Positions 13,470 to 25,825 of a stretch of DNA of 64,000 bases are shown here, piece after piece. Both the position numbers and the translations under genes were made by a program. The stretch comes from Eledone cirrhosa (lineage: Eukaryota): NCBI GenBank assembly GCA_964016885.1, contig OZ024760.1, positions 29,450,001-29,514,000 on the forward strand, read 5' to 3'. Positions within the stretch are counted from its first letter, which is position 1. Each line of letters opens with the position of its first letter. The notes under the pieces are model-generated. The model saw only the letters and a program-made list of their open reading frames with translations, was not told the origin of the DNA and made no database searches.

Positions 13470-13835
13470 TACGAGGGCAATCCCAAAAGTAAGGTCTTCT
13501 TCCAATATTGCAACTTTTCCATTAAAATCCTGTGGATGATGCTTCGGAAAACCTCAGGAACCAAAATGCAGAGAGCATCCAGAGTGATCCGCCGATCTTT
13601 ACGCATGTTTTCCTAGGAAGGAGACCTTACTTTTGGGATTGCCCTCGTATATAATAACTGCGTGAAATTCGCACTTGGCTGTGGTAGCGTTCAACAGGAG
13701 CTCTATTCTCAATGGCTGCCAAGCCAAGATTGAGCATCGCAGCAAAGCGCGCGGATGCTTGTTTGGGAGTGAAGGAAGCACCAATCACATCACAACAGTG
13801 TTGCCAACAGCCGTACGAACAGTTTCTCTGCCGTA
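13470..13835. mobile_element. Mariner-like MITE
   Basis: TIRs TACGAGGGCAATCCCAAAAGTAAGGTCT / AGACCTTACTTTTGGGATTGCCCTCGTA with TA ends; related copy at 3960-4352. Confidence 0.7.
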
Positions 13836-13894
13836 TATAACGGCCGCAGCTCAGCCGTCGGGGTCCTGAATCTTTTCATATATATATATATATT

Positions 13895-14519
13895 GAAGTG
13901 AACGAGGTATCGTTTAAGGTAATCCAAGTAGAGGTGACAAGTAATCTGTACAGTGGATGCTTCTAACATTCGGCGTTGTTTGACTCGACAAGATGTCTAC
14001 TTAGTTGTGGCGTTCTGGTGGCCGTTTCCAGACAGCACCTAGGTAACCAGTTCCTGGAGTATTAATAATAAAAGAGTGAAGAATAACAGGGATAAGCTAT
14101 ACAGTAGAGTTTATTCCAAGTATTAACAACTGTTTCATTGACTAGGATGTAATCGAATGCATCTTAAAATCGTTATCTACAATGTTATTGTGAAATTCGA
14201 TTTTAAATACTGCTTATACCAGGCAAATTATCAAAGTACTGATATATATATATATATATATATATTTCGTTTCTGAATTTGTTTAGCAAGATTCTTTATC
14301 TGAAATCGTGTGTTGAAACCGATATTGTTATACTTTGGGAGGGTCATGTTGCCAATAAGAAACACACGCACCAGTTGCTTTTACTTCAATTTATTATATA
14401 TTTATAAATTTACAAATTTATAAATTTATAAATTTGTAAATTTATAAATATATAATAAATTGAAGTAAAAGCAACTGGTGCGTGTGTTTCTTATTGGCAA
14501 CATGACCCTCCCAAAGTAT

Positions 14520-14556
<37 letters not shown>

Positions 14557-14602
14557 TACTTTGATAATTTGCCTGGTATAAGTAGTATTTAAAATCGAAT
14601 TT
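13895..14602. mobile_element. Nested fold-back PLE-like remnants
   Basis: Outer arms ~14194-14250/14548-14602, inner hairpin ~14322-14528. Minus strand has GAAACAGUUGUU plus AATAAA near 14110-14137. Confidence 0.55.
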
Positions 14603-14619
14603 TACCTGTATATATATAT

Positions 14620-14950
14620 ATCAACATCATTTTACGTCCGCATTTCCCTGCTTGCAAGGGTGGGACGGGAACTGATGCTGGCTTGATTTCTACAGCTGGA
14701 TGCCCTTCCTAACACCAACCTCATTTACAGTGAGTGCTGGGTTCTTTTTTGCCATGGCACCTCCATGTCCACTTTGCAGTGGAATGATAGGGACCCCAGT
14801 CCCTATCATCTCATTTCTACAGCTAAGTAAACTGGAGTAATGTGAAATAAAGTGTCTTGCTCAAGGAAACAACACATCACCCGGTCTGAGAATTGAACTC
14901 ACAACCTTTCGATTGCAAGGGCAATGCTCTAACCACTAAGCCATGTACCT
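14620..14950 (-). mobile_element. SINE copy (20033 family)
   Basis: Near full-length reverse complement. Confidence 0.8.
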
Positions 14951-14986
14951 CCATATATACAGGTAAAATTCTGTTATATATATATA

Positions 14987-15164
14987 TACAGGTAAAATTC
15001 CGTTATAACAAATGCCATTATAACAAATTTTTCAGTATAACGAAATTCTTTTCAATCTCCGAGATAATAACAAAAAAACGGTCAATCTCGTAATAAAGAA
15101 TTTTTCATTACAATGAATCTATTTTTATACCCCGTGAATTTCGTTATAATGGTATTTCACTGTA
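14987..15164. mobile_element. Tc1/pogo-like MITE
   Basis: TACAGGTAAAATTCCGTTATAAC ... GTTATAATGGTATTTCACTGTA. Confidence 0.5.
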
Positions 15165-15299
15165 TGTATATATCACCTTGACCGACCAGTCTGTCAGGCG
15201 CCATTCGGTGCCGCTGGTCACAGCACGTGCTGTTTTAGCCATACGATGACGCCATCCCACTGCCTGGGCGGGCAGGCAGGTATGTATATATACATACAG

Positions 15300-15370
<71 letters not shown>

Positions 15371-15386
15371 CATATATATATACATT

Positions 15387-15422
<36 letters not shown>

Positions 15423-15448
15423 CATACATATATATATATATATACATT

Positions 15449-15535
<87 letters not shown>

Positions 15536-15540
15536 ATATA

Positions 15541-15581
<41 letters not shown>

Positions 15582-15722
15582 ATATACTAATATATATACA
15601 TATATATATATATAGAGAGAGAGAGAGAATATATACTATTCTATCATACTCTGCTCTGCTCTGTAAGAGCATAGAGTGCTCAACCGGCATACCGCCTATG
15701 GAAGCATCTTAGCTACGATCAG

Positions 15723-15759
<37 letters not shown>

Positions 15760-15925
15760 ATCATCATCATTATCATCATCGTTTAACGTCCATCTTCCAC
15801 GCTTGCATGGGTTTGGACGGGAGTTTTCCCACTTGAGGCAAGACTGGTTGTCTTGCTCGCATAGGGCTGTCTGGCGGGTTTTCTACGGCTGGATGCCCTT
15901 CCTAACACCAAATAAATATATATAT

Positions 15926-16423
15926 ATAGGAAAATGTTTAACCCCAGTGGCAGAGCTAAAGCCATTTCAACGGCTATTTCTGGACTAAATTAGAATTTTT
16001 AGCATGGTAATAAATAGCCGAACTTTTCTACCCAGCCTAATGTCATACACACTCCTTAGAATTTGCTGTATAGAATTCACTTTCAAAGCTTGACCGGCTC
16101 CACCCACTCCCTCATTGTTCTACAGGCAAGTTCAGTCACCACCACCCCACCCACTGCCATGAAAGATCTAATTGTGTTTACAAGAAATTTTGACCAATCC
16201 TTTTGACAACTACAATCTTCCCATATAAGGAATTACCTCTTGAAAAGTTCGGCTATTTATTTACCAGGCTAAAAATTCTAATTTAGTCCAGAAATAGCCG
16301 TCGAAATGGCTTCAGCTCTGCCGTCGGGGTCTAACATTTTCCTATTACCCACTCTACTACCCTAAGTATTGAGTACTCTGGTGCATTATGGTCTATCTGG
16401 TTCCTTACCACACTTCCTTCATT
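15926..16423 (+). mobile_element. Fold-back PLE-like remnant with degenerate hammerhead
   Basis: Arms ~15926-16027/16243-16345, core decayed to UUGAAAA, GAAAUGGC...GCCGUC, tail ACTC...GAGTACTC. Confidence 0.6.
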
Positions 16424-16651
16424 ATATACATATATATATATATGTATATATATGGGTTAGACGAGTTGTCCCGTTGTGATACAAGCCAGATCAGGTGACC
16501 TTTTCTTGCTCACACAGAACTGATTTGGGCTTGCAGGCCACAGGTGTGCTTGTAAAGGGCCACATGTTTGACATGCCTGCTGTATAATTATTATATCCCA
16601 TTTTATGTTCTTCCCTTCCTCTCACCTCATGTCCCTTCTCACCTTTCCCAG

Positions 16652-16760
16652 GCAATGGAGATTTTGAGAAAAACACAAGGAAAAGTGAAATTAAAATTTG
16701 TGCGGAAAGCACCTATTCCAGGCCAGAGAAATGAAGTTGTCTCCCTTGGTGGAGCCTGTG
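16652..16760 (+). CDS. MPDZ: MPDZ-like exon
   Basis: cccag|GCA...G|gtaagt; AMEILRKTQGKVKLKFVRKAP..., ends phase 1. Confidence 0.88.
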
Positions 16761-16974
16761 GTAAGTACATGACTTCTTCTCATAGGTGTGTATCATCATC
16801 ATCATCATGTCCATTCTTCCACGCTAGCATGGGTTAGACAGGTTGTCCTGTTGTGAGCAATGCCGGGTGAGGTGGCCATGTGAGCAATGCCAGGTGAGGT
16901 GGCCATGAACTGGTTTTAGCTTGATTTCTTCTGCTGGATGCCCTTCCTAAGAATCTACCCCTATACTAGACTGG

Positions 16975-17290
16975 TATTTTTTATCGACAGCTTCTTACAT
17001 AATAAAGTTACGTTCTTGAGGCAATTGAAATTAAAACGACAAGTGAACGGACAAAGATGATGTTGAAGCCTTCGCTCATTCCCTTCGCTCGTAAGAAGCT
17101 GTCTGATGAGATCATGGCACTGGGTACACAGAATCGCATGGCCACTGTCATTGAAATATGTATCACAGCCTTATCAATAAAGGACTTTAACATCTGAAAG
17201 AACTTCATGTTCTAAATATACTCCATCATTCTTAGGTGGAAAAAGTACGTAGAGTGCTTGAATTGAATTGCATCAATATTTACCGTAAGT
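16975..17290 (+). mobile_element. PLE-like 3' end with hammerhead
   Basis: VLEAIEIK-like coding remnant, HHR 17098-17169, AATAAA, tail ACTCC...GAGTGCT, then (TA)n. Confidence 0.55.
17098..17169 (+). ncRNA. Type-I hammerhead ribozyme
   Basis: Stem I GCUGU/ACAGC, core CUGAUGA (17103-17109), GAAA (17153-17156), near-palindromic AUAUGUAU, AUC triplet, AATAAA just downstream. Confidence 0.7.
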
Positions 17291-17513
17291 ATATATATAT
17301 CATCATCATCATTTAATGTCCATCTTCCATGTTAGCATGAGTTAGACAGGTTTGTCCCACTTGAGACAAGACTGGTCGGGTGACCGTGTATCTCCTATAG
17401 AACTGTCTCTGGCTGGTTTTCTACGGCTGAGAGTCAGTTAAAATGTTTTACTGTATAAATATATCTATATAGTCTGTAAATATCTGTATAAATAAATATA
17501 TCTGTTATTACAG

Positions 17514-17677
17514 GAGATTCCAGCACTGACCCTCGGGCTTCGTCACCTAAAATGACAGGGCCACAATCAGATCCCTTAACATGTCCTGTTCTGCCTGGTG
17601 AAGAAACTTATATTGAGATTGACAAAGGCCGTTGTGGTCTTGGTCTAAGTATTGTAGGTGGTTCCGATACCCTGTTG
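17514..17677 (+). CDS. MPDZ: MPDZ-like exon, start of PDZ10-equivalent
   Basis: tacag|GA...TTG|gtgagt; [36 protein letters not shown] closely resembles recalled vertebrate MPDZ PDZ10. Confidence 0.93.
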
Positions 17678-18162
17678 GTGAGTACAAAGATTTGATTTAA
17701 TAATGACATAATTAATAATTTTAGTAAATCCTTTTAAATTCTTTGTGAATTAATTTATGTAAAATGTATTTCACTAGAAATATGATAATGAAGGGTTTAA
17801 AATGTACTGTGTATCTTATATTTAAACCAGCTGTATTCGGCCAGAATTCTCTCATCTCTTTCTGTTCAAACCAGCTGTAACCAGCTGCTCATACTGGCAT
17901 TAAGGTATTGTTCTCAAAATAAATAATATCAAAATCTCATAGATTTTATATTAAGTGAGATATTTTGTAAGATAAAGCCTTTTTCACAAAAATACAATAG
18001 TATACATAGAGTACAAATGGTTGAGTATGTGAAAGAATTAACCCTTTTGAAACCAAACTACCTGAAACCAGCTCTACCATTCAATATTTCTTTCTTCATT
18101 TATTTATTTGGAATATTTTTTATCATTAAACTCACAAATGCCTTTTTGTTTTCAAATTTCAG

Positions 18163-18246
18163 GGCTCAATAATTATCCACGAGGTGTATATAGATGGCGC
18201 TGCACATAAAGATGGCCGCTTAATGGCTGGGGATCAAATACTCGAA
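18163..18246 (+). CDS. MPDZ: MPDZ-like exon
   Basis: ttcag|GGC...GAA|gtaatt; GSIIIHEVYIDGAAHKDGRLMAGDQILE. Confidence 0.93.
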
Positions 18247-18956
18247 GTAATTATTATTATTACAGTACTTTTTTTAGAGATGTGGGTTGAGAGAATTGTT
18301 AGAGCTTTGGATGAAATGCTTCATAGGGTTTATTTACTAGGGCCCTTTATGTACAGAGTTCAAACCCCGCCACAATCAGAGGTTCAGGGATCAATAAAAT
18401 ACCAGTAATGTACTGGGGTTGATATTATCAACTTTGCTTCCTTACAAATTGCTGGCCTTGTGCCTAAATTAGAAATAATTATTACTGTACTTTTTATTAG
18501 ATTTTTCTGTAAGATAATATTCATTATTTCTACTAGCAGAAAACCACCCTTCAGGTGGTTTTCTGCTAGCATGTGTAGTGTGTATATTGACATTATACGC
18601 AGGTATATATATATGTAGATATGATACATCAAATAAAATTGTAATTGACAATATATAATACATAGAAATTGAACGAAGACTGTGTTACACTGTCTTATGT
18701 AATCAGTAAAATCCATGATACATTAAAAAAGACGATATTATATATAAACTGCATTAGGAGAAAATTAGATTAGTATGTTTAATTAAGCAATGGCCAACCG
18801 GAAGTGTTGACATTTCAGAAATTTTAAAGAAGTGAATCTTTAAATAAACAAAATATATTTAATCAACAGTCACGAAGTTTAGTAGATAAATTATGTAATA
18901 TTCATTCATTATTTATTCAAAGTAATGAATGAATATTACATAATTTATCTACTAAA

Positions 18957-19142
18957 GGCGGTGGATTGGCAGTATCAGAAGAGGGTTGGACGCCATGCTT
19001 TGATGCAAAGAGTTACGTCCCTTTACGATCTGAGTTCAAATCCCGCCGAGGTTAACTTTGCCTTTCATCCTTACAGGGTCGATAAAATAAAGTACCAGTA
19101 ATGTACTGGGTAATTGCTGGCCTTGTGCCAAAAGTAGAAATG
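18957..19142 (+). mobile_element. Second tRNA-derived SINE family
   Basis: GGCGGTGGATTGGCAG head, GAGTTCAAATCCCGCC B box, GCCTTTCATCCTTACGGGGTCGATAAAATAAAGTACCAG centre. Other copies at ~11336-11525, 24975-25335, 30545-30722, 44263-44530, 52995-53218, 53778-53968(-), 57720-57925(-). Confidence 0.8.
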
Positions 19143-19255
19143 ATTATTTATTCAAAGTAATCCAATTTATTTTACTAATGGGATAAAAAATTATAAACCG
19201 TACGCAGTCCCGCGCTCCTTACTTTATTATAGTTTAGATTTAAATTTCAATAACA

Positions 19256-19540
19256 TACAGCAGAACCTTAGCTCATGGACTTAACTCCTTCCTGAAGACC
19301 GTTCATCAACCGAAACTATTTTTCCCATAGAAAATGTTGTGAGAGAGAGACTGTGTGTGAAAGACAGATAGATATCACCATAGTAACTTACTACACAGCA
19401 AGTGACACTTTCCCCACCAATACTCCCAGCTTGTCACCAACCATTGTTGCCAACTTGTGTGTTTGTTACTTGAGACATGATTTGTCAACCAAAACCTTTT
19501 ATGTTCAGAAAAATTGTTTGTGAACCAGGTTTCCACTGTA
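19256..19540. mobile_element. Tigger/pogo-like MITE
   Basis: TACAG...CACTGTA ends; inverse copy at 54731-55074. Confidence 0.6.
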
Positions 19541-19577
19541 TATATATATATATTTATATATATATATATATATATAT

Positions 19578-19614
<37 letters not shown>

Positions 19615-19619
<5 letters not shown>

Positions 19620-19844
19620 GTGGTTACACAACAGTTAGTTCACCATACCGAGAACAATTGTTTCACCTTCGCGGATCTTCAGCCTGTTCCTATAACCATA
19701 CACATCCCGAGCTGAAGATCCGCGAAGGTGAAACAATTGTTCTCAGTATGGTGAACTAACTGTTGTGTAACCACTTCTACCTAACTCATCCCTTGGACTG
19801 AGTGCTCTACCACTACGGATATTACCTTCCAGTGTTCCACCATT
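19615..19844 (+). mobile_element. Fold-back PLE-like remnant with hammerhead
   Basis: Arms 19615-19683/19711-19779, tail ACTC...GAGTGCTC, (TA)n both sides. Confidence 0.7.
19703..19750 (+). ncRNA. Minimal type-I hammerhead ribozyme
   Basis: CUGAAGA-U-CC(GCGAA)GG-U-GAAA, palindromic ACAAUUGU, GUU triplet, imperfect stem I CAUCCCGAG/CUCAGUAUG. Confidence 0.78.
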
Positions 19845-20032
19845 ATATATATATATATATATATGTATGTATATATATATATATACATATATGTATATAT
19901 ATATATAGTGAGGAAACATAAGTCAATTTCATGAACTCATAATCCTTTATTTACTACTATATATATATTTCGATGATAGCCATTGAATGGCTATGACCTC
20001 ACTAGGCAGTTAGTCAGTTCTTAGATATGTCA

Positions 20033-20373
20033 GCACATGGCTTAGTGGTTAGAGCATTGGCCTTGCAATCGAAAGGTTGTGAGTTCAATTCTCAGACCAG
20101 GTGATGTGTTGTTTCCTTGAGCAAGACACTTTATTTCATATTGCTCCAGTTTACTCAGCTGTAGAAATGAGATAATAGGAACTGGGGTCCATATCATTCC
20201 ACTGCAAACTGGTCGTGGAGGTGCCACGGCAAAAAAGCACCCAGCACTCACTGTAAATGAGGTTGGTGTTAGGAAGGGCATCCAACTGTAGAAATCAAGC
20301 CAGCATCAGTTTCCGTCCCACCCTTGCAAACAGGGAAAAAGCGGACGTAAAATGAAATGATGATGATGATGAT
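20033..20373 (+). mobile_element. tRNA-derived SINE (CORE-like centre, RTE-type tail)
   Basis: A box TGGCTTAGTGG, B box GAGTTCAATTC, CCTTGAGCAAGACACTT core, tail GGACGTAAAATGA(TGA)n. Related copies at 3345-3945(-), 14620-14950(-), 4890-5005, 27125-27350, 56680-57060. Confidence 0.8.
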
Positions 20374-20697
20374 ATCAGAGCCTTGGGACATAAATATATA
20401 TATATATATATATACTTTTTCAATGTGGTCTACCCTTGGTGGTAGGGTCCGTACCATAGATAGACCTCAATGTAATCCAATAGCCAGTAATCCAGTGAAA
20501 TCCATAGAAAGGTTCCGCGTTCCGCCGAGTTAATTCCTTAGACACAGAGTCTGATATTAGATATTAATTTAACAATGAAAATAGCAACAAAGTCAAAACG
20601 ATCGTAAAACAATGATATGAATAGGTAAAATAACTCGACTTTGTTGTTATTATTTTCATTTTTAAATTAATACCTAATATATATATATATATATAGT

Positions 20698-20733
<36 letters not shown>

Positions 20734-20906
20734 GGTGTTTCGACTGTATTTATGAGCCCACAACATTCAGTGGAGAAATTTACTCAATATAAATCGTTGG
20801 GGTCAATATGATTGACTATATCTCTTGAAGATGTGCCCCAGCATGGGCACAGTCTAATGACCGGAACTGTTGAGCTGTTTGCTAATATTAATTCTTTGTT
20901 TTTCAG

Positions 20907-21131
20907 GTTAATGACGAAGACCTTAAAGACGCAACTCACGAGAGGGCAATTCAAGTTCTCCGGCAAACTCCGACAATTGTGAAGCTATTAATCTACCGTG
21001 ACCACAAACTGACAAAAGAGGAGGACATTTATGATATTTTCAGCATTGAACTAGTGAAAAAACCTGGAAAAGGGCTCGGTCTGAGCATTGTAGGCAAAAG
21101 GAACGATGTGGGTGTATATGTATCAGATATA
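20907..21131 (+). CDS. MPDZ: MPDZ-like exon (end of PDZ10, start of PDZ11)
   Basis: ttcag|GTT...ATA|gtaagt; VNDEDLKDATHERAIQVLRQTP...[28 protein letters not shown]. Confidence 0.95.
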
Positions 21132-21227
21132 GTAAGTAGAAATTCTCTAATAGGTCTATAAATTGCTGTATATACTTGTGTAGAAGTCGTGTGTGTGTAT
21201 GTACATATATACATGTGTGTGTGTACA

Positions 21228-21662
21228 TTTTCTATATATTTTATCTGAGGAGGACATATTTTGCTTTATGTTATACATAAAACTTTACATCTTCAAAATA
21301 TATATAATGAAATAAATAGAGATGATATAAAGTATATATCTTTCGTTTATTACTTTTGTTATATATATATATATATATATACATACACACACATATATAT
21401 ATTCAACTTTTTCAAATACAAGTCGATGTTGTTACGGTATGTCGAATCTATTTATCTATAAAACTGTTTATATTGTATTTTGTCTGAGGAAGGCATAGCA
21501 TATTGTTAATATGATATCCCTGAAATATATATAATGAAATAAATATGGTTTTATAAATATAGTTTCCATTTATTTAATATTGTAAATATACTCCAAATAC
21601 TTGTCGAGTGCTTTTATATCAGTTATAAATATTTACTAGTTGTAACCCAACAATTTAAATAT
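21228..21662 (+). mobile_element. PLE-like remnants with two hammerheads
   Basis: Degenerate HHR (CUGAGGA at 21245, GAAA decayed), then intact HHR 21470-21546 and a tail shared with 50075-50160. Confidence 0.6.
21470..21546 (+). ncRNA. Type-I hammerhead ribozyme
   Basis: CUGAGGA (21484-21490), stem II AGG...CCU, GAAA, palindromic AUAUAUAU, AUA triplet, stem I AUAUUGUAUUUUGU/AUGAAAUAAAUAU. Confidence 0.7.
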
Positions 21663-21676
21663 AACTTTCCATGTAC

Positions 21677-21716
<40 letters not shown>

Positions 21717-21736
21717 ATATATGTATATATACATAC

Positions 21737-21770
<34 letters not shown>

Positions 21771-21779
21771 ATACACATA

Positions 21780-21835
<56 letters not shown>

Positions 21836-22034
21836 CAATATATCCTTTTATTTAAGATAGTTATGTGTAATTTGAGGGAGATTAGGCTGCTATTTCTAGT
21901 AGGTTGTGTGACCATGCAAGGGCTTCCTTTGTTAACAATCTTACTGAAATACAAGTCACACACCTGTGTCTGTATTATGTGTATGCTTTAGAAATCTATA
22001 ATATTAACTGTATTGTTATCACTCTATTGTTCAG

Positions 22035-22151
22035 GTCCGTGGGGGTGTGGCTGAAGCAGATGGACGTTTGATGCAAGGTGATCAGATATTGAGTGTAAAT
22101 GGAGAAGATATGCGCCAAGCAACGCAGGACCATGCAGCTGCAGTGTTAAAG
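22035..22151 (+). CDS. MPDZ: MPDZ-like exon
   Basis: ttcag|GTC...AAG|gtacgt; [39 protein letters not shown]. Confidence 0.95.
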
Positions 22152-23362
22152 GTACGTATCTTACAATATATCTCCCTGCTCAAAGGCGATGACACAGGAC
22201 TGAGACCTCTGGCTTTACGCAGTAATATAGAAGACCCAACTTCCCACATGTCCATGCCAAAGCTGAAGCATATAGACAGTGTTGGTGTTAGGAAGGGCAT
22301 CCAGCTGTAGAAACCAAGCCAGAATCAGTTCCAGTATGAGCAAGACAAGGTCACCTGACCTGACACTGCCCACAAGACAACCCGTCTAACCCATGCTAGC
22401 ATGGAAGAATGGACGTAAAACGGTGATGATGATGCTTTCCTGTCTGTTAGGGGTTTAGTTTAGCCCTTTTGATACCAAACTACCTAAAAACTACTAACCC
22501 CCCCCCCCCGATATACCAGCTGTTGCTGCTACTACTACTACTTCTACTACTACTTCTCTTTTTCCTCCCTATTATAGTGGTCATCTGCATTGGGACGCAC
22601 TAATTTTAAATTTCAGCTTTTAAATATTTATTTACTTCATGGTTTTGATAAAAATGTTTTGTCGGGGTGGGCTTCTTTTTAATTGGAAATCTTTAATTTC
22701 TACATTACCTGGTGTAGATATTTACCTGTGTTGATTGCAGCTGTTGCTTCTCCTTCTCCCCTTCCTCCTCCTTCTCCCCTTCTTCCCTTCCTTCTTCTGC
22801 CACCACTGAGGATGTTGTAGGAGTCTTTAGACACACCTTCCGGAAGGTTCTAACAGAAGCAACTGTCCAATTCATCCAGCTGGATCTCCAAGCTGTTTTT
22901 TTTTTAAGTGTTTATATTTATCTAAAAAAAATCTTCTATCAAATTTTTATGTAAGAATCTTTGTTAAGTTATGTTCCAAACACCAACTTTATTATTTTCA
23001 CTATATATTATAAGGAAAGACATCACCTCTGCTTTTCAAATAATTTTGAAAATAAGAAAAATTTGGAGGGATTTAGTAATGTAATTAAAATTCTCGTTAT
23101 GAAGTTGGTTTTGAGGGTGGTGGATTGGTAAAATCAGTGGAGCATCAGACAACATGTTTTGTGGTATTTCAATATGGCTGTTTACAGTCTGAGTTCAACT
23201 TAGCCTTTGATTGTCCCAGATGTCAATAGAATATAATACCAGTAAAGTACTGGGGTTGATATTATCATGTTCCCCCTTCAACAAATTACTGGTCTTGTGC
23301 CTAAATTAAAAACCATTTTTAAGTTGGTGTTTGAAACATAAAAGACAAGATGCAGTAACAGT

Positions 23363-24123
23363 TTAACCCTTTAACATTTACATTACTCTATATATACCAT
23401 TGTATTTTCACAGTAAAGGCTTTATCTCACATAACATTTACATTACTCTATATATACTATTGTATTTTCACAGTAAAGGCTTTACCTCACATAATACCTC
23501 GCATAACATTTACATTACTCTATATATACTATTGTATTTTCACATTAAAGGCTTTACCTCACATAATACCTCGCATAACATTTACATTACTCTATATATA
23601 CTATTGTATTTTCACAGTAAAGGATTTACCTCACATAATACCTCGCATAACATTTACATTACTCTATATATACTATTGTATTTTCACAGTAAAGGCTTTA
23701 CCTCACATAATATCTCACATAACATTTACATTACTCTATATATACTATTGTATTTTCACAGTAAAGGCTTTACCTCACATAATATCTCACATAACATTTA
23801 CATTACTTTATATATACTATTGTATTTTCACATTAAAGGCTTTACCTCACATAATACCTCACATAACATTTACATTACTCTATATATACTATTGTATTTT
23901 CACAGTAAAGGCTTTACCTCACATAATATCTCACATAACATTTATATTACTCTATATATACTATTGTATTTTAACAGTAAAGGCTTTACCTCACATAATA
24001 TCAAATCTATGAGATTTTGGTATTATTTATTTTGAGAATAATACCTTAACATCAGCCGGTTTGAACAGAAAGAAGTGAAAGAATTCTGGCCAGATATGGC
24101 CGGTTTAAATGCTAAAGGGTTAA
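23363..24123. mobile_element. piggyBac-like MITE with internal ~68-bp minisatellite
   Basis: TTAA|CCCTTTAACATTT ... AAATGCTAAAGGG|TTAA; ~9 tandem units. Confidence 0.75.
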
Positions 24124-25393
24124 AACCAGAAAGAAAAGAACAGATAGTTATTGAGGAGGTCACAGAATATGTGATGAAAGAACTTTGATGAACTAACGAA
24201 TAACTAGTAATAAAGATAGAGTGAAATAGTATAAATCATATGGTGTATGTGTTGTTTTTATTGGCAATACTAGCAACATAACCATCCTCAAATATAACAA
24301 TACGATGGAAACTTTGTAGATAAATATAAGCATTTTAAACCGAGCAACTTTGTATAAAAGAAGGCTGGCTTCAGGCAGTTTCCTATTAAAAAGGTTATCG
24401 TTATTCTGAAAAGAGCAGTTGTTATTCTTGTTTATTCAAATTTATCAATAATTCTAATAAAAAAAAAATCTTGTTTCTCTATAATCATATTAGTGTATGC
24501 AAGAATTTTGTTTACTGCTATATTACGATTATATTATACAATAATTTTGTTTATTTTCCAGATAATTTGATAATTTCATATATAAAAATCTATTTTTTTG
24601 TTAATTATATTAAGTGCAGTATTAAATTTGCTATTTTCCCATTAATTATTTCTGTTAATGAAGCAATTGTAATTAATTTATTGACGATGTTATTAGCTAA
24701 TTAGGAAATCATCACGTAACATTTTCATTGTCCAAGCCCATAATAAGCATTTTAAGACCATTTTCTTTGCTAAAACAAGGTTTATTTTAGTGGGGCCCAT
24801 AACAAGCTTTTCTATTTTGCTCTCTCAGGTGCATCCCACCCCTTGCTTTGATTTCCACCCCGATCATTTGTAGCCATGTCTTTCTTGACCTTCCCATTCC
24901 TCTACTTTCTTCCAGTAGTGTGCAGAGGTTTGATGATACCCAGGGCTAACCCCTTCATTGTATGTCCCTAAAACTCTTTACATTCTGAGTTCAAGTCCCA
25001 CCAAGGTTAACTTTGCCTTTTTTCCTTACAGGGTCGATAAAACAAAGTACCAGTAACGCACTGGGGTCTATTTAATCCACTTCCCCTCCCCCAAAAAATT
25101 GCTGGCCTTGTGCCTAATTCTGAAACCATTATTATTATTTTTTTTTTTTTGTAATTTTGTAATATTTGTTTTGGTACTTTACTTTCTGAGTTCAAGTCCC
25201 GCCTAGGTTAGCTTTGCCCTTCAACCTTACAAGGTCGATAAAGTAAGGTACCTGTAATACACTGGGGTTGATTTAATCAACCTTCCCTTTCCCTTCAAAT
25301 TGCTGGCCTTGTGCCTAAATCAGAAACCATTATTTATTGTTTATTCATTACACATTGATATTAATTCATTTTCATTCCTCGTTAATTTTTCAG

Positions 25394-25535
25394 ACATTAA
25401 TGGGCAAAGTTGTTTTAACAATCGGACGTTTAAAAGCAAGTTCTCGGACTTCTTCCACCCGTAATTCTGGTACTGGAGGGATGCGAAAGTCTGAGTCTCA
25501 CTCAAGCAGCAAATCTAAAGGAAAACACAGCAGAG
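25394..25535 (+). CDS. MPDZ: MPDZ-like exon (end of PDZ11 plus Ser-rich linker)
   Basis: tttcag|ACA...AGA G|gtctgt (weak donor, phase 1 matches next exon); TLMGKVVLTIGRLKASSR... Confidence 0.85.
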
Positions 25536-25825
25536 GTCTGTAGCCCTTCCTTATATTAATTACTGTTTCTTCTTTATCTTGTTTTCTTTATGTCTCTTTA
25601 GATCTATTCAACTCTATTTAACCTTTTTCCTATCATATTTCTAATGTCTAAAGATGGCAGGGCTTTAGTAGAGTTGTTAAAACATCAAATAAAACTCTTT
25701 GAAGTATTCATTCCAGTTCTCTTGTCTCTGGGTTTAAATCCTGCCGAGGTTAACTTTGCCTTTCATCCCTTCGGGGTCGATAAAAAATACCAGTTATGTA
25801 TTGGGGTCAGTTCTTTCTCTCTGTC

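Noticed and set aside
23400-24035. 211-aa repeat ORF
   Set aside because: Minisatellite within a piggyBac-like MITE.
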